Origin: an uncultured Acidobacteriota bacterium
Lineage (GTDB): Bacteria; Acidobacteriota; Vicinamibacteria; Vicinamibacterales; 2-12-FULL-66-21
Direction: 5' to 3'
DNA length: 64,000 bases
Assembly (NCBI GenBank): GCA_963695655.1
Contig: CAVOHG010000009.1
Coordinates: 229,924 to 293,923, forward strand
Shown piece after piece: positions 1 to 9,037 of the stretch; the first letter of the stretch is position 1; each line of letters starts with the position of its first letter. A program made the translations under genes and the position numbers. The notes beneath the pieces were generated by a model. It was not told the origin of the DNA, searched no databases, and saw only the letters and a program-made list of their open reading frames with translations.

Positions 1-174
1 GATGGCTTCGCCCACTTTGCGGCGGCCGCGCCCGAAACCTTCCTGCACGTCGCCCGATGCTTCGTCGGCTACGCCTTCGTCATGGAGCCGGTCGTTGTCG
101 GTGAGATCACCGGCCGCCTGTTTCAGCTTGCCTTTGAGCTGGTCGCCCTTGCCGTTCAGTTCGTCACGGTTCAT
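1..174 (-). CDS. CsbD-family stress protein (3' end runs off the window)
   Basis: Not in the ORF track. Manual translation from ATG at 174 gives MNRDELNGKGDQLKGKLKQAAGDLTDNDRLHDEGVADEASG, a CsbD-like pattern; GAGGAGG RBS upstream. Confidence 0.85.
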   Translation of the reverse strand, partial: MNRDELNGKGDQLKGKLKQAAGDLTDNDRLHDEGVADEASGDVQEGFGRGRRKVGEAI

Positions 175-486
175 GTAAGCCTCCTCGGAGCACTCGATGC
201 CCTGTGACCGTCTTTACAAGAACCGGTGCGTCAGCAATATCGGCCACGGATGCTGCTGATACGTGGAGCCTCGGACCTCGAACTCTCGTCATTCTCAGGA
301 TTAGTGTCGAAAATGCGGTAGAAAACGGCTCCGCTGTTTCCAGTAAGTGGACCGGCTTTACCACTGCCGCCGATGACCCACAAGCCCCTAACGGAGTAAC
401 GACGAGTCTGCACGCCGGTTCCGTGATCAGCGGCTCTATTCCTCCTCGCATGGCGAGCCGTCTCAAATCTGCCGCGGATTTCGCGG

Positions 487-644
487 AACAACACGGACGA
501 ACGCGGATCCGGATCCGAAACGGACAGCAGGATGGCCGTCTGCGCTATGCGCGGCCGGGCGAAGCCCGGCCCGGTCATCCGAGGTCTTGTCTTGTCCGTG
601 TTTTTCCGTGCTTGTCCGTGGGCTGGTTTTTGTCCATCCGTGTC
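487..644. repeat. Inverted arrangement of short CACGGA / TCCGTG repeats
   Basis: Left tract aacacggacgaacgcggat...aaacggac; right tract ttgtccgtg-tttttccgtg-cttgtccgtg...atccgtg carries the reverse-complement core. Confidence 0.5.
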
Positions 645-714
645 TCGGCCTGGGGCCACGTCGGTCACGCATGTCGTTGTACCCAGGTGAAAGCCGACAC
701 GCCGCAAGTCCCGG

Positions 715-1309
715 TCAGGCCGTGACAACAACGAGGGCCGTACAGTTGTGGCGCCCCTCCCTGCGGTATGAGTGGGGCGCCGACGAATCGAAGTACACCA
801 GAGTCGCCGGTGGCGAGCGTGTGCGGCGCGTCGTTGACCGTGAGCACGAGGCGCCCGGCAAGGATGTAGATCATCTCCGCGCCCGGATGGTGGTGCCGCT
901 TGACACGATCGGTCGGAACCTCCGCGAACTCGACGAAGTACGAGTTCATCCGCCGATCCACCGCTGGAAAGTCGAGTGATTCGAACCAGTACGCGGGGTG
1001 CGGCTCGCCCTGGCGCTCCGGAAAACGCTGTCGATCTTTCTTCCGGACGAGCGCGAACGCGAGCGGTCGCGCCGGGTCGCCAAAGAAGTGATCCAGCCCG
1101 ACGCTGAAGACGAGCGCGATCCGAAGCAGGGTCGGCAGGGTGGGCACGAGCCGTCCGCGTTCGATTTTGGAGAGCATCGCGGCCGACAGGCCGCTGTGCT
1201 GCCCGAGTTCCACGAGACCCATTTTTTTCCGGAGGCGCAGGATCCGGAGCTTCTCGCCGATCCGGTACTGCTGCAGCCCTTTCGACAGTGTTTCAGAGAG
1301 CACGCCCAT
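715..1309 (-). CDS. XRE-family HTH transcriptional regulator with C-terminal cupin (one apparent indel near 800)
   Basis: IGEKLRILR...LSAAMLSKIERG...PTLPTL HTH and HPGAEMIYIL cupin. Shifting frame after GDS restores YFDSSAPHSYR...ALVVVTA with a stop at 715-717. Confidence 0.85.
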
Positions 1310-1449
1310 CCCTCACTTGCCCGTGAGTCAAAACACCGGTGGCTTTTTTCTCCACGCTCACCTGACTTCTCGCGGGCAGTGTGATTTTACTTCCAGTCAC
1401 ATTATTTTGCATTACATTCACAACCAGGCATTACATAGGAGACAGACAT

Positions 1450-1683
1450 ATGAAGACCGTGAACGTGATTTCGTCAGTGCTCGTCATCGTCGGCGCGCTC
1501 AACTGGGGCCTCGTCGGCATCGCCCACTTCGATCTCGTGGCCGCGATTTTCGGCATGCGGTTCGGAGAAACGTCGGCGATCACTTCGCTCATCTACACGC
1601 TGGTCGCCGTCTCGGGCGTGATCCAGGCGGGGTTGCTGAGCTCGACACAGCGCGCGCTCGGTTCCCCCGTGCACTCGCGCTGA
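1450..1683 (+). CDS. DUF378 small membrane protein
   Basis: LVIVGALNWGLVGI...FDLVAAIFG signature; AGGAG RBS before ATG 1450. Confidence 0.85.
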   Translation: MKTVNVISSVLVIVGALNWGLVGIAHFDLVAAIFGMRFGETSAITSLIYTLVAVSGVIQAGLLSSTQRALGSPVHSR

Positions 1684-1737
1684 GAACCATCTCAATCCAA
1701 CACGCAACAGAACGTCAGGTCAGAGGAGACTACTTTC

Positions 1738-2223
1738 ATGAACCGTTTGATTCGTTCGTCGGCCCTCGCACTCGTTGCCACGCTGGCACTCTCGGTCACG
1801 GCGCGCGCCGCCGACAAGGACATCGTCGACACCGCGGTCGCGGCGGGCAGCTTCAAGACGCTCGCGGCGGCGCTCAAGGCTGCGGGGCTCGTCGACACTC
1901 TCAAGGGGGAAGGGCCGTTTACTGTATTCGCGCCAACCGATGAGGCCTTTGCCAAGCTGCCGGCTGGAACGGTGGACACGCTGCTCAAGCCGGAGAACAA
2001 GGCCAAGCTGACATCGATCCTCACCTATCACGTCGTTCCGGGAACGGAGATGGCAGCCGACGTGATGAAGATGAAGACGGCGAAGACGGTGGAAGGTGAG
2101 TCGCTCAAGATCACGACCGCGAACGGCAAGGTCATGATCGACAAGGCGACCGTGACGAAGGCGGACATCGTTGCGAGCAACGGCGTCATCCACGTCATCG
2201 ATACGGTATTGATGCCTAAGTAG
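1738..2223 (+). CDS. Secreted fasciclin (FAS1) domain protein
   Basis: Signal peptide; [20 protein letters not shown] and [11 protein letters not shown] motifs. Confidence 0.95.
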   Translation: MNRLIRSSALALVATLALSVTARAADKDIVDTAVAAGSFKTLAAALKAAGLVDTLKGEGPFTVFAPTDEAFAKLPAGTVDTLLKPENKAKLTSILTYHVVPGTEMAADVMKMKTAKTVEGESLKITTANGKVMIDKATVTKADIVASNGVIHVIDTVLMPK

Positions 2224-2299
2224 GGATCAGGGATCAGGGATCGAGGGATTCGGGATTCGGGGCTCGGGATTCGGGGCTCGGGCCTCGCGGCTCGGGGCT
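2224..2299. repeat. Heptamer tandem tract (GGGATCA / CGGGATT / CGGGGCT)
   Basis: About 11 degenerate 7-mers starting directly after the fasciclin TAG. Confidence 0.85.
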
Positions 2300-2323
2300 G
2301 TGGCTTCCGCCTTCAGGCGGAAG
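2300..2323 (+). repeat. GTRG-type REP palindrome
   Basis: GTGG-CTTCCGCC-TTCA-GGCGGAAG; same family as copies at 18613, 28333, 42044, 44789 and 56003. Confidence 0.85.
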
Positions 2324-2344
2324 TACCGCGGCTCCGGGCCACAC

Positions 2345-3454
2345 CTAATCGATCGGTTCGTCGGGCTCGCAGTAGACCGCGACGATTTCGAGAATCGCAT
2401 CGAGCTGGTCGAAGAAGACGTCGACGATCTGTGGATCGAACTGGGTCCCACGGCCGTTCCTCAGGATGTTCAGCGCCTCTTCGATCGAATATGCCGGCTT
2501 GTAAGGCCGTTCGCTGGTGACGGCGTCGAACACGTCCGCGACGGCGCAGATACGTGCCCACAGCGGGATCGCCTCACCCGCCGTTCCATTCGGATAACCG
2601 CTGCCGTCCCATCGCTCGTGGTGACAGAGCGCGATGACACGCCCAGCCTGGAGCAGCGCGGACGAAGATTTATCGAGGATGCGACTCCCGATCATGGCGT
2701 GGCGCCGCATGACCGCCCACTCAGGGCCATCGAGCGTCGACGGCTTCTGCAGAATCGAATCAGGCACCGCGATTTTTCCGACGTCGTGCATCCGGCTGGC
2801 GTGCAGGATCAGCTCGACTTCGAGTGCTGGCAGGTTGAGTCCCCGCGCGATGACCGCACGGTACTCGCTCATTCGTCGAATGTGCCGCGCGGTGACCCGA
2901 TCTTTGTACTCGGCCAGGATCGCGAGCCGCTCGACGGTCTCCAGCTGCGCGAGATAGGCGACGCGCTGCGCTTCGGCCAGCTGCTCGAGCGCGACTCGGA
3001 GACTGGCGGTGCGCTCTTCGACCAGTGCCTCGAGACGGTTCTGGTGACCGAGCAGCGCATCCTGCGCCTCCTTCAGTCTGAACAGCGAGGCGGATCGCAC
3101 ATGCAGCTCCGTCCTGTCGACCGGTTTGGCGATGAAGTCGCTGGCACCCGCCTCGATTCCGCGGATGCGCTCGTCGCGGCTTGATGTCGGCGTCACCAGA
3201 ATGACCGGCACGTGCTCGCCCGCGGCATCCCGGCGAATGCGCCGGCAGACTTCGTACCCATCAATGCCGGACATCTCGACGTCGAGCAGCACGAGATCGA
3301 CGCCCAGGCGAAGCTTCGCGAGCGCTTCGATGTCGTCCCGCGCCGTCTCCGGCTGGTGCCCCAGCCCCTCGACGACGGCGGTGGTAAGTGTGCGTGCGTC
3401 CTGGTCGTCGTCCATCACCAGCACGCGCTTCCCGGAACGGAGCGGGTCGGTCAT
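2345..3454 (-). CDS. Response regulator with HD-GYP phosphodiesterase domain (RpfG-like)
   Basis: REC domain (VLVMDDD, LLDVEM, IAKP) followed by MHDVGK and HHERWDGSGYP. Confidence 0.93.
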   Translation of the reverse strand: MTDPLRSGKRVLVMDDDQDARTLTTAVVEGLGHQPETARDDIEALAKLRLGVDLVLLDVEMSGIDGYEVCRRIRRDAAGEHVPVILVTPTSSRDERIRGIEAGASDFIAKPVDRTELHVRSASLFRLKEAQDALLGHQNRLEALVEERTASLRVALEQLAEAQRVAYLAQLETVERLAILAEYKDRVTARHIRRMSEYRAVIARGLNLPALEVELILHASRMHDVGKIAVPDSILQKPSTLDGPEWAVMRRHAMIGSRILDKSSSALLQAGRVIALCHHERWDGSGYPNGTAGEAIPLWARICAVADVFDAVTSERPYKPAYSIEEALNILRNGRGTQFDPQIVDVFFDQLDAILEIVAVYCEPDEPID

Positions 3455-4716
3455 TCCGCAGATCCTGCGGCCAATGCGGAAGTTGCTTCAGGCGCTGATG
3501 CTGAGGGGGTTCTTGGCAGCCCGGCCATCGCGCGCTCGATGCGCGCCAGCGGTGCCGCTGCATCAGCAGGCGCGTCCGCGTGCAACACGTTGATGAGATC
3601 AGTGCACCCGTTCACGACCGGCGCCGCGCCGATCAACGATGCCGTTCGCTTGAGCGTATGCGCAGCGCGCTCGACCGCGGCCACGTCCCCCCGCTCGAGA
3701 CCATCGCGCATCGTCAAGAGCAGCAGGGATCCCTCTCGCAGCAGCACGTGCGCGACATCGGGACCTTCCCGACGCCGTGCGGGTCGCACGGTAGCCCCGG
3801 CCGCCGTGGGGTGGACGTCGTGTTGCTGTCGGGCACGACTCTCCTCGAGAACGCGGGCCGGCGATTCGACCGCGATCACCAGCTCGAACGTAGCACCTCG
3901 CCCGTCTCCGGCATCCAGCGACACCGCGCCCCCCATGAGATGGGCCAGGGCATGACAGAGTGCGAGCCCGAGGTCTTCGGCATCGGCGACCCTGTCGCCA
4001 GACATCACGATTTCGCTGAGCGGCTGGAAGAGATCGAGGGCACGCGACGCGGCGACTGGCGGGCCCGAGTCGCGCACTCCAAAATGCAATTCGTGTCCAC
4101 GAGGCGAGGGATTCGCCCACACGAGAACCGTGACGCCGCCGACGTCCGTCCGTCGGCACGCATTCGTGAGCAGGATGACGAGCATCTGTCGGAGCCGGCC
4201 GACGTCGCCCAGCACGGTGGCCGGGGTGCCACCCTGGATTTCGCAGGACAGGTCCAGCGCTCGTTCGGCGGCCATCGGCGCGACCTGGTCGAGCGACACT
4301 TCCACCGCTTCGCGCAGGTTGAATGGCTGCGCGTCGAGCACCACGTGGCCGGCATCGATACGACACAAGTCGAGAAGGTCGTCGAACGTTCTGGCCAGCG
4401 AATCGGCACCATCGCGCAGCCTGCCCACTCGTTCGCGCTCCGTGTGCGCGAGATTCCCTTCGAGCAGGTGGTCGGCGATTGCGACGAGACCGTTGATCCG
4501 CGTGCACACCTCGGCACGCATCCACGTCAGGACCGCGGCGGACTCGGGCGCGCGTCGCGCACCGGCGTCCCGGACGCTCCCGTCGGCTGAATCATCGGCG
4601 CCGTCACCTTCGAGCCTGCGGGCAGAGGCGCGTAGACGCGCGACTACCCAGAGCAGTCCCGAAATTGCGAGGCGCAGCGCACCCGCGAGCCATCTCACCA
4701 CGCCCCCCTGAACCAT
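3451..4716 (-). CDS. Degenerate histidine-kinase-like protein (HisKA/HATPase-like plus Hpt)
   Basis: GDVGRLRQ, VRDSG, LGLALC...LMGG, GATF and Hpt AAHTLK; the H-box His is absent. Overlaps the response regulator start by 4 nt (ATGA). Confidence 0.8.
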   Translation of the reverse strand: MVQGGVVRWLAGALRLAISGLLWVVARLRASARRLEGDGADDSADGSVRDAGARRAPESAAVLTWMRAEVCTRINGLVAIADHLLEGNLAHTERERVGRLRDGADSLARTFDDLLDLCRIDAGHVVLDAQPFNLREAVEVSLDQVAPMAAERALDLSCEIQGGTPATVLGDVGRLRQMLVILLTNACRRTDVGGVTVLVWANPSPRGHELHFGVRDSGPPVAASRALDLFQPLSEIVMSGDRVADAEDLGLALCHALAHLMGGAVSLDAGDGRGATFELVIAVESPARVLEESRARQQHDVHPTAAGATVRPARRREGPDVAHVLLREGSLLLLTMRDGLERGDVAAVERAAHTLKRTASLIGAAPVVNGCTDLINVLHADAPADAAAPLARIERAMAGLPRTPSASAPEATSALAAGSAE

Positions 4717-5004
4717 CGACGCTGTTTCCGGCAGAGATCCGCGCCTGCACGCAGCGTTCTACCCCTTGTGGAACCGCCCCCTGGAGTATCCGCGGAACTG
4801 AAGAGGTAGGCAATTACCCCGCCACCCAACGGATCGCTGGGAAAAACGGGGATCGGGTCAGAAGTCGTGGAAACATGAAATTACATATTCGTGATTCGTC
4901 GCGACGTGTACCGTATCAGCACGCACGATCGCGGAATCCGATACTAAAGTCGGCTGTGTCGCCGCCTGGACACCTGGCGATCCGGGCATCCCTGCTGCTT
5001 CGGA

Positions 5005-6630
5005 CTACTGAAGTCCGAAGCAGTACAGGGTGCCGTCGTATGTCCCCAGGTACACGCGGCCGTTCGCAACCGTCACCCCGGAGAAGTGATTCCACTGGTG
5101 GATCTGTTCACCGCTCGACCACAGCTCCTTGCCGGTTTGTGCGTCGAGTGCGTAGAGGGTCGCGTGCGTCCCCTTCGCGGCACGGATGGTCGAATCGAAC
5201 TGCAGACCGATATCGGGAAAGGACTGCTTGGTCTCTTCGCCACTGCCGTAGCCGAAGACCATGCCGTTGGCGATGATTACGGGTTCCCCGCGTTTCATGT
5301 CGCGCGAGATCCACGCCGGCTCGAGCTCGAACGAACCGCCCTTGTCCTGGACCTTGAACGCTGCAACGCCGCCGTCCTTTGTCGCCGGGGTGTTCATGAT
5401 CGGGAACTTCGCCTGCGAGTGGGCCGGGCCCCAGAACGGCGCGAGTACCCATCGGGTTCCGCTCGCGTCTTCCCAGGTCGACATGGCGCCCCAGCTGCCC
5501 GCGTCCTGGAAGTCCACTTCCTCGTTGCAGAACAGCGGTGTCTTGAACATCGGCGTCTGATGGTCCGCGCCGCCGAGCGACTTCGGGTCGAGCAGGTAGA
5601 CACGGCATTCCTTGCCCGAAGCCGCCATCAGCTCGCGTCCCTTGAAGTTGAAGATCGTCGGCGTGTTGTTCGGATCCAGATCCCGCTTACGCAACCAGTC
5701 CCAGTTGCGCGGCGTGTAGTAATCCTTCAGCTTCAGCTCGGTGCCGACGATGTCGACGCCGACGACGCTGTTCGCATACCTGGGCGGGTCGCTCGTCGGA
5801 TCGTAGATGCCGTCGCCGGTTGTCGTCCATGCAACGCCGGTCGAATCGATCACCGCACCGCGACGGCCCCACGCGCCGCCGCTGCCCGCGTTGAAGCTCA
5901 TCACCGTGTGGGACGGGTCGTCCAGTTTGACCGCGGACAGCGTTGCCCCGGCGTAGGTGTTGGCCATCCAGATCGTGTTCCCGACCAGATTGAGCGCCCA
6001 CCCCTTGCCGGTGTGGAACATGAAGGCCGGCTGCAGTTCTTCACCGGTCGCCGTATCGAGCGTGCGGAGCATGCCGTCGCCGGTCACGAAGTAAATCGGC
6101 CGGCGGCCCTGTGCATCCGCGGGGCCGATGACCGGCGTGTCGCTGCTCCCTCCTGGACGGAGGAAGCCGAGGTGTGCCGGATCCTGAGGCTCGTTCGCGC
6201 GCCCGCCCCCGCCGCCGGGAGCGGCTGGCGGCGGATAGTCCCAGTGTTTCTGCCAGAGAATCTTGCCTGTTTCGACTTCGAACGCGTAAAGGTTGTCCGA
6301 AATCCCGCTCACGTAGCCGACCTGCTTCGTGCCCGCGGTCGTCTTCAGCTGCCCGAGGACGAGGACGGGCATCAGCGAGTGGAGCGCGCGGACCGGGTTG
6401 TCGGTGTGCAGTTTCCACAACAGCTTGAGGTTCTTGACGTTGTCCCTCGTGAGCGTCTTCTCGTCCTTGTTCCAGCCGGTACGCTGGTTATCGCCGCCGT
6501 CCGTCGTCCAGTCGTAGAGGCCGGCGGTGCCCGACTGCGCGGCGACTGTCACAAACGCCGGCCATCTTCCCGAGCTCCATCCGACCCCGCAGCACGCGGC
6601 GATGACCAGGAGACCCATAGCTTTTTTCAT
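5005..6630 (-). CDS. Exported PQQ-binding-like beta-propeller protein
   Basis: Signal peptide; WTTDGGDNQRTGW start; LYAFEVETGKILW and LYALDAQTGKELW repeats; GRVYLGTYDGTLYCFG end. Confidence 0.85.
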   Translation of the reverse strand: MKKAMGLLVIAACCGVGWSSGRWPAFVTVAAQSGTAGLYDWTTDGGDNQRTGWNKDEKTLTRDNVKNLKLLWKLHTDNPVRALHSLMPVLVLGQLKTTAGTKQVGYVSGISDNLYAFEVETGKILWQKHWDYPPPAAPGGGGGRANEPQDPAHLGFLRPGGSSDTPVIGPADAQGRRPIYFVTGDGMLRTLDTATGEELQPAFMFHTGKGWALNLVGNTIWMANTYAGATLSAVKLDDPSHTVMSFNAGSGGAWGRRGAVIDSTGVAWTTTGDGIYDPTSDPPRYANSVVGVDIVGTELKLKDYYTPRNWDWLRKRDLDPNNTPTIFNFKGRELMAASGKECRVYLLDPKSLGGADHQTPMFKTPLFCNEEVDFQDAGSWGAMSTWEDASGTRWVLAPFWGPAHSQAKFPIMNTPATKDGGVAAFKVQDKGGSFELEPAWISRDMKRGEPVIIANGMVFGYGSGEETKQSFPDIGLQFDSTIRAAKGTHATLYALDAQTGKELWSSGEQIHQWNHFSGVTVANGRVYLGTYDGTLYCFGLQ

Positions 6631-6692
6631 CGTTGACCTCGATCGACTCGATATCGTGAACCGCAACTGCGCACCGCGTCCGTGAGCCATAT

Positions 6693-8258
6693 TCAACGCT
6701 CCGCGGGCATGCCAAAGGCGTAGAGAGTGCCATCGTCGGCCGCGACGTACACCTGGCTGTCACCCCCGGAAGGGCCGGTGCTGCGCACGGGAGACGTAAT
6801 CGTCGTGCCGCTCGTCCACAGTTGCTTGCCGGTTGCGCCGTCGAGTGCGTATAAAACCGCCGGGGTCGGACGCTGCGCTCGAGACCCTGCTCCGCCGGGG
6901 GCATCTCCGCTCGCGAGCGCGAACACGACGCCGTTGATGATCGCTGGAGTCAGTGCGCCCTTGATTTCGGGCGACACCCACTGCGGCTGCAGCGTCGGTA
7001 CGTCACCCGTTTCGACGACCGTGAACGCCGCGAGCGCGCCGGTCGCAACCGCGCCGTTGTTCATCGCGAACCCGGCGTCGGCGGCTACGGGGCCGCCAAT
7101 CGTTGCAACTATCCAGCGCGTCCCGGCCGCGTCGACCCACGAGCCGAGGCCGGCAACATCCGGCGCGGCCGACGTGATCGGGGCCGTCCGGGAGAGCGCG
7201 GTGCTGTGATCGGCGCCCCCCATCGATCCGCTGTCCAACAGGTAGAGCCGGCCATCCTTGTTGGCGCCGACGATCATGTCCTTGCCCTTCGACTGGAAGA
7301 CCACGGGCGCGGATACGAACGGTGTCGGTGCGGTGAACCAGTCGCGCTGCTTGAGCGTCCGTGGTTCGAGCGACACGATCGCGTTGGCAACCGGGGAGTC
7401 GCCGCTGCCGGTGGCGACGTAGACGGTTCCGTCGGTACCGAACGTTGGCGCTACGGCACCGGCAACCCCTGCTCCGCTCGTGTCGAAAGTGGCGACCGTC
7501 TTGTCCTGTCCGACGAGATCCACTGCCCAGACACCGTTCGGCGCGCCGCCACACTTTCCACTGGTTGCGGCATACATCACGGTGCCGACGAGAATCGAGC
7601 CCACTACTTTCGCGTTTGGCGGCAGGAACTTCACCGGCGGCGCCTGGTCGGTCCCGACCTGCGGGTTCATCAGGTGGACCATGCCGCCGCTCGAAATCGC
7701 AAACACGTTCTCACCGGCATCGCGCCCGCCGGGCATGACCGGACCCGATGGTGCACCCGCTGCCCCGGCGTTCGCGCCCGCTCCGCGGCCGCGGCCGCCT
7801 GCCGCGGCAGGCGCAACAGCGGTAGCCTTGGTGATCGATCCCAGGCCTCCTGGACAGGCCGGCGTACCTTTCGCCGACACAGCCGTCGCCAGATGCTGCG
7901 TCCAGAACATGCGGTTCAGCTCGTAGTCGATCGCGTACACGTTGTCGCTGCTCGCGCCGACGAACGCGAGCGCCTTGAATCCCTTGTAGGCGATGATGTT
8001 CGGCAGCAGCACAGGTTGCGTCAGCGCACTGATTGGCGCTCCCGGGCTGTCCAATTTCCGCTTCCAGAGAAACTGAAACCCCGGCTGCTGCATGCTCGCG
8101 GCAGAAATTTTCGCATCGGCCCTGATCGACGAAGTCCGCTGTGCATCGGCTCCGGCAGTCGTCCATGCGCCACCGCCGCGGCCCTGCGCGCGGGCGGCGC
8201 CGGACGCCACGAGCATTCCCAGAAACACTCCGCCGAACAGGCGGCACGTTGCGTTCAT
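6693..8258 (-). CDS. Exported PQQ-binding-like beta-propeller protein (paralog of the neighbour)
   Basis: GGAGGAG RBS; signal peptide; WTTAGADAQRT, LYALDGATGKQLW and DGTLYAFG motifs. Confidence 0.85.
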   Translation of the reverse strand: MNATCRLFGGVFLGMLVASGAARAQGRGGGAWTTAGADAQRTSSIRADAKISAASMQQPGFQFLWKRKLDSPGAPISALTQPVLLPNIIAYKGFKALAFVGASSDNVYAIDYELNRMFWTQHLATAVSAKGTPACPGGLGSITKATAVAPAAAGGRGRGAGANAGAAGAPSGPVMPGGRDAGENVFAISSGGMVHLMNPQVGTDQAPPVKFLPPNAKVVGSILVGTVMYAATSGKCGGAPNGVWAVDLVGQDKTVATFDTSGAGVAGAVAPTFGTDGTVYVATGSGDSPVANAIVSLEPRTLKQRDWFTAPTPFVSAPVVFQSKGKDMIVGANKDGRLYLLDSGSMGGADHSTALSRTAPITSAAPDVAGLGSWVDAAGTRWIVATIGGPVAADAGFAMNNGAVATGALAAFTVVETGDVPTLQPQWVSPEIKGALTPAIINGVVFALASGDAPGGAGSRAQRPTPAVLYALDGATGKQLWTSGTTITSPVRSTGPSGGDSQVYVAADDGTLYAFGMPAER

Positions 8259-8406
8259 GACTTGTAAGCTCCTCCGGGATCGGCGATCGCCGAACCCCCT
8301 CACTCGAACCGATCCTCAACCGTATCGTCGCGATGGAACGCGGAGTGCAAAGCCGTTATCATGGAAATCAAGGGCCGCGACACGTCCGGCGGTGCGGAAT
8401 AGTAGT

Positions 8407-8964
8407 ATGAACGCGACGAAACGGTCATCAATTCCCCGGTTGGCGATGTTCATCGGTGTGCTCCTGGCAACCGGCGGTATCGCCGTGAGAGGAAGCCAGA
8501 CGCCAGGCGCAGCGCCGCCGGCGCAGCAGGGTCCCAACGGCTCGACCGCGACGCCAGCGACCGGCGGAGCCCCCGCCCCTCCACTGGCCGAGGATAAGAA
8601 CGCCGCGACCTACACTCGCGTTTGCAGCACCTGCCACGACGCCCAGCGCATCCTGTCGAATCGCCGGACCAAGGATCAGTGGGGCGAGGTGATCGACAAG
8701 ATGGTGGAACGCGGTGCGCAGGGCACCGACGACGACTTTGCCGCGGTTCAGGATTACCTCGTCGCCCACTACGGTCGCGTCAACGTCAACAGGGGCACGG
8801 CCAAGGACCTGGCGACAGTGCTGAAGATCCCCGAGAAGGACGCCGATGCGATCGTGGCGTTCCGGACGGCAAACGGGCCATTCACCGACTTCGATGCGCT
8901 CGCGAAGGTGCCCGGCGTGGACGTCGCGGCATTGACGCAAAGCCGCGACGCTATCTCCTTCTAA
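8407..8964 (+). CDS. Exported c-type cytochrome fused to a ComEA-like helix-hairpin-helix domain
   Basis: Signal/TM segment, CSTCH heme motif, then VNVNRGTAKDL...AIVAFR...GPFTDFDALAKVPGV. Confidence 0.85.
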   Translation: MNATKRSSIPRLAMFIGVLLATGGIAVRGSQTPGAAPPAQQGPNGSTATPATGGAPAPPLAEDKNAATYTRVCSTCHDAQRILSNRRTKDQWGEVIDKMVERGAQGTDDDFAAVQDYLVAHYGRVNVNRGTAKDLATVLKIPEKDADAIVAFRTANGPFTDFDALAKVPGVDVAALTQSRDAISF

Positions 8965-9037
8965 GCCTGGTCCTTCCCTCGCCACGACCCGGCCGATCCG
9001 ATCCATACTTCTCGGACCACTCGTTCCAGAGGTCCTG

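Noticed and set aside
1380-1401. CRP/FNR box
   Set aside because: The TGTGA/TCACA half-sites are separated by 12 nt rather than 6; kept only as an unassigned operator candidate.
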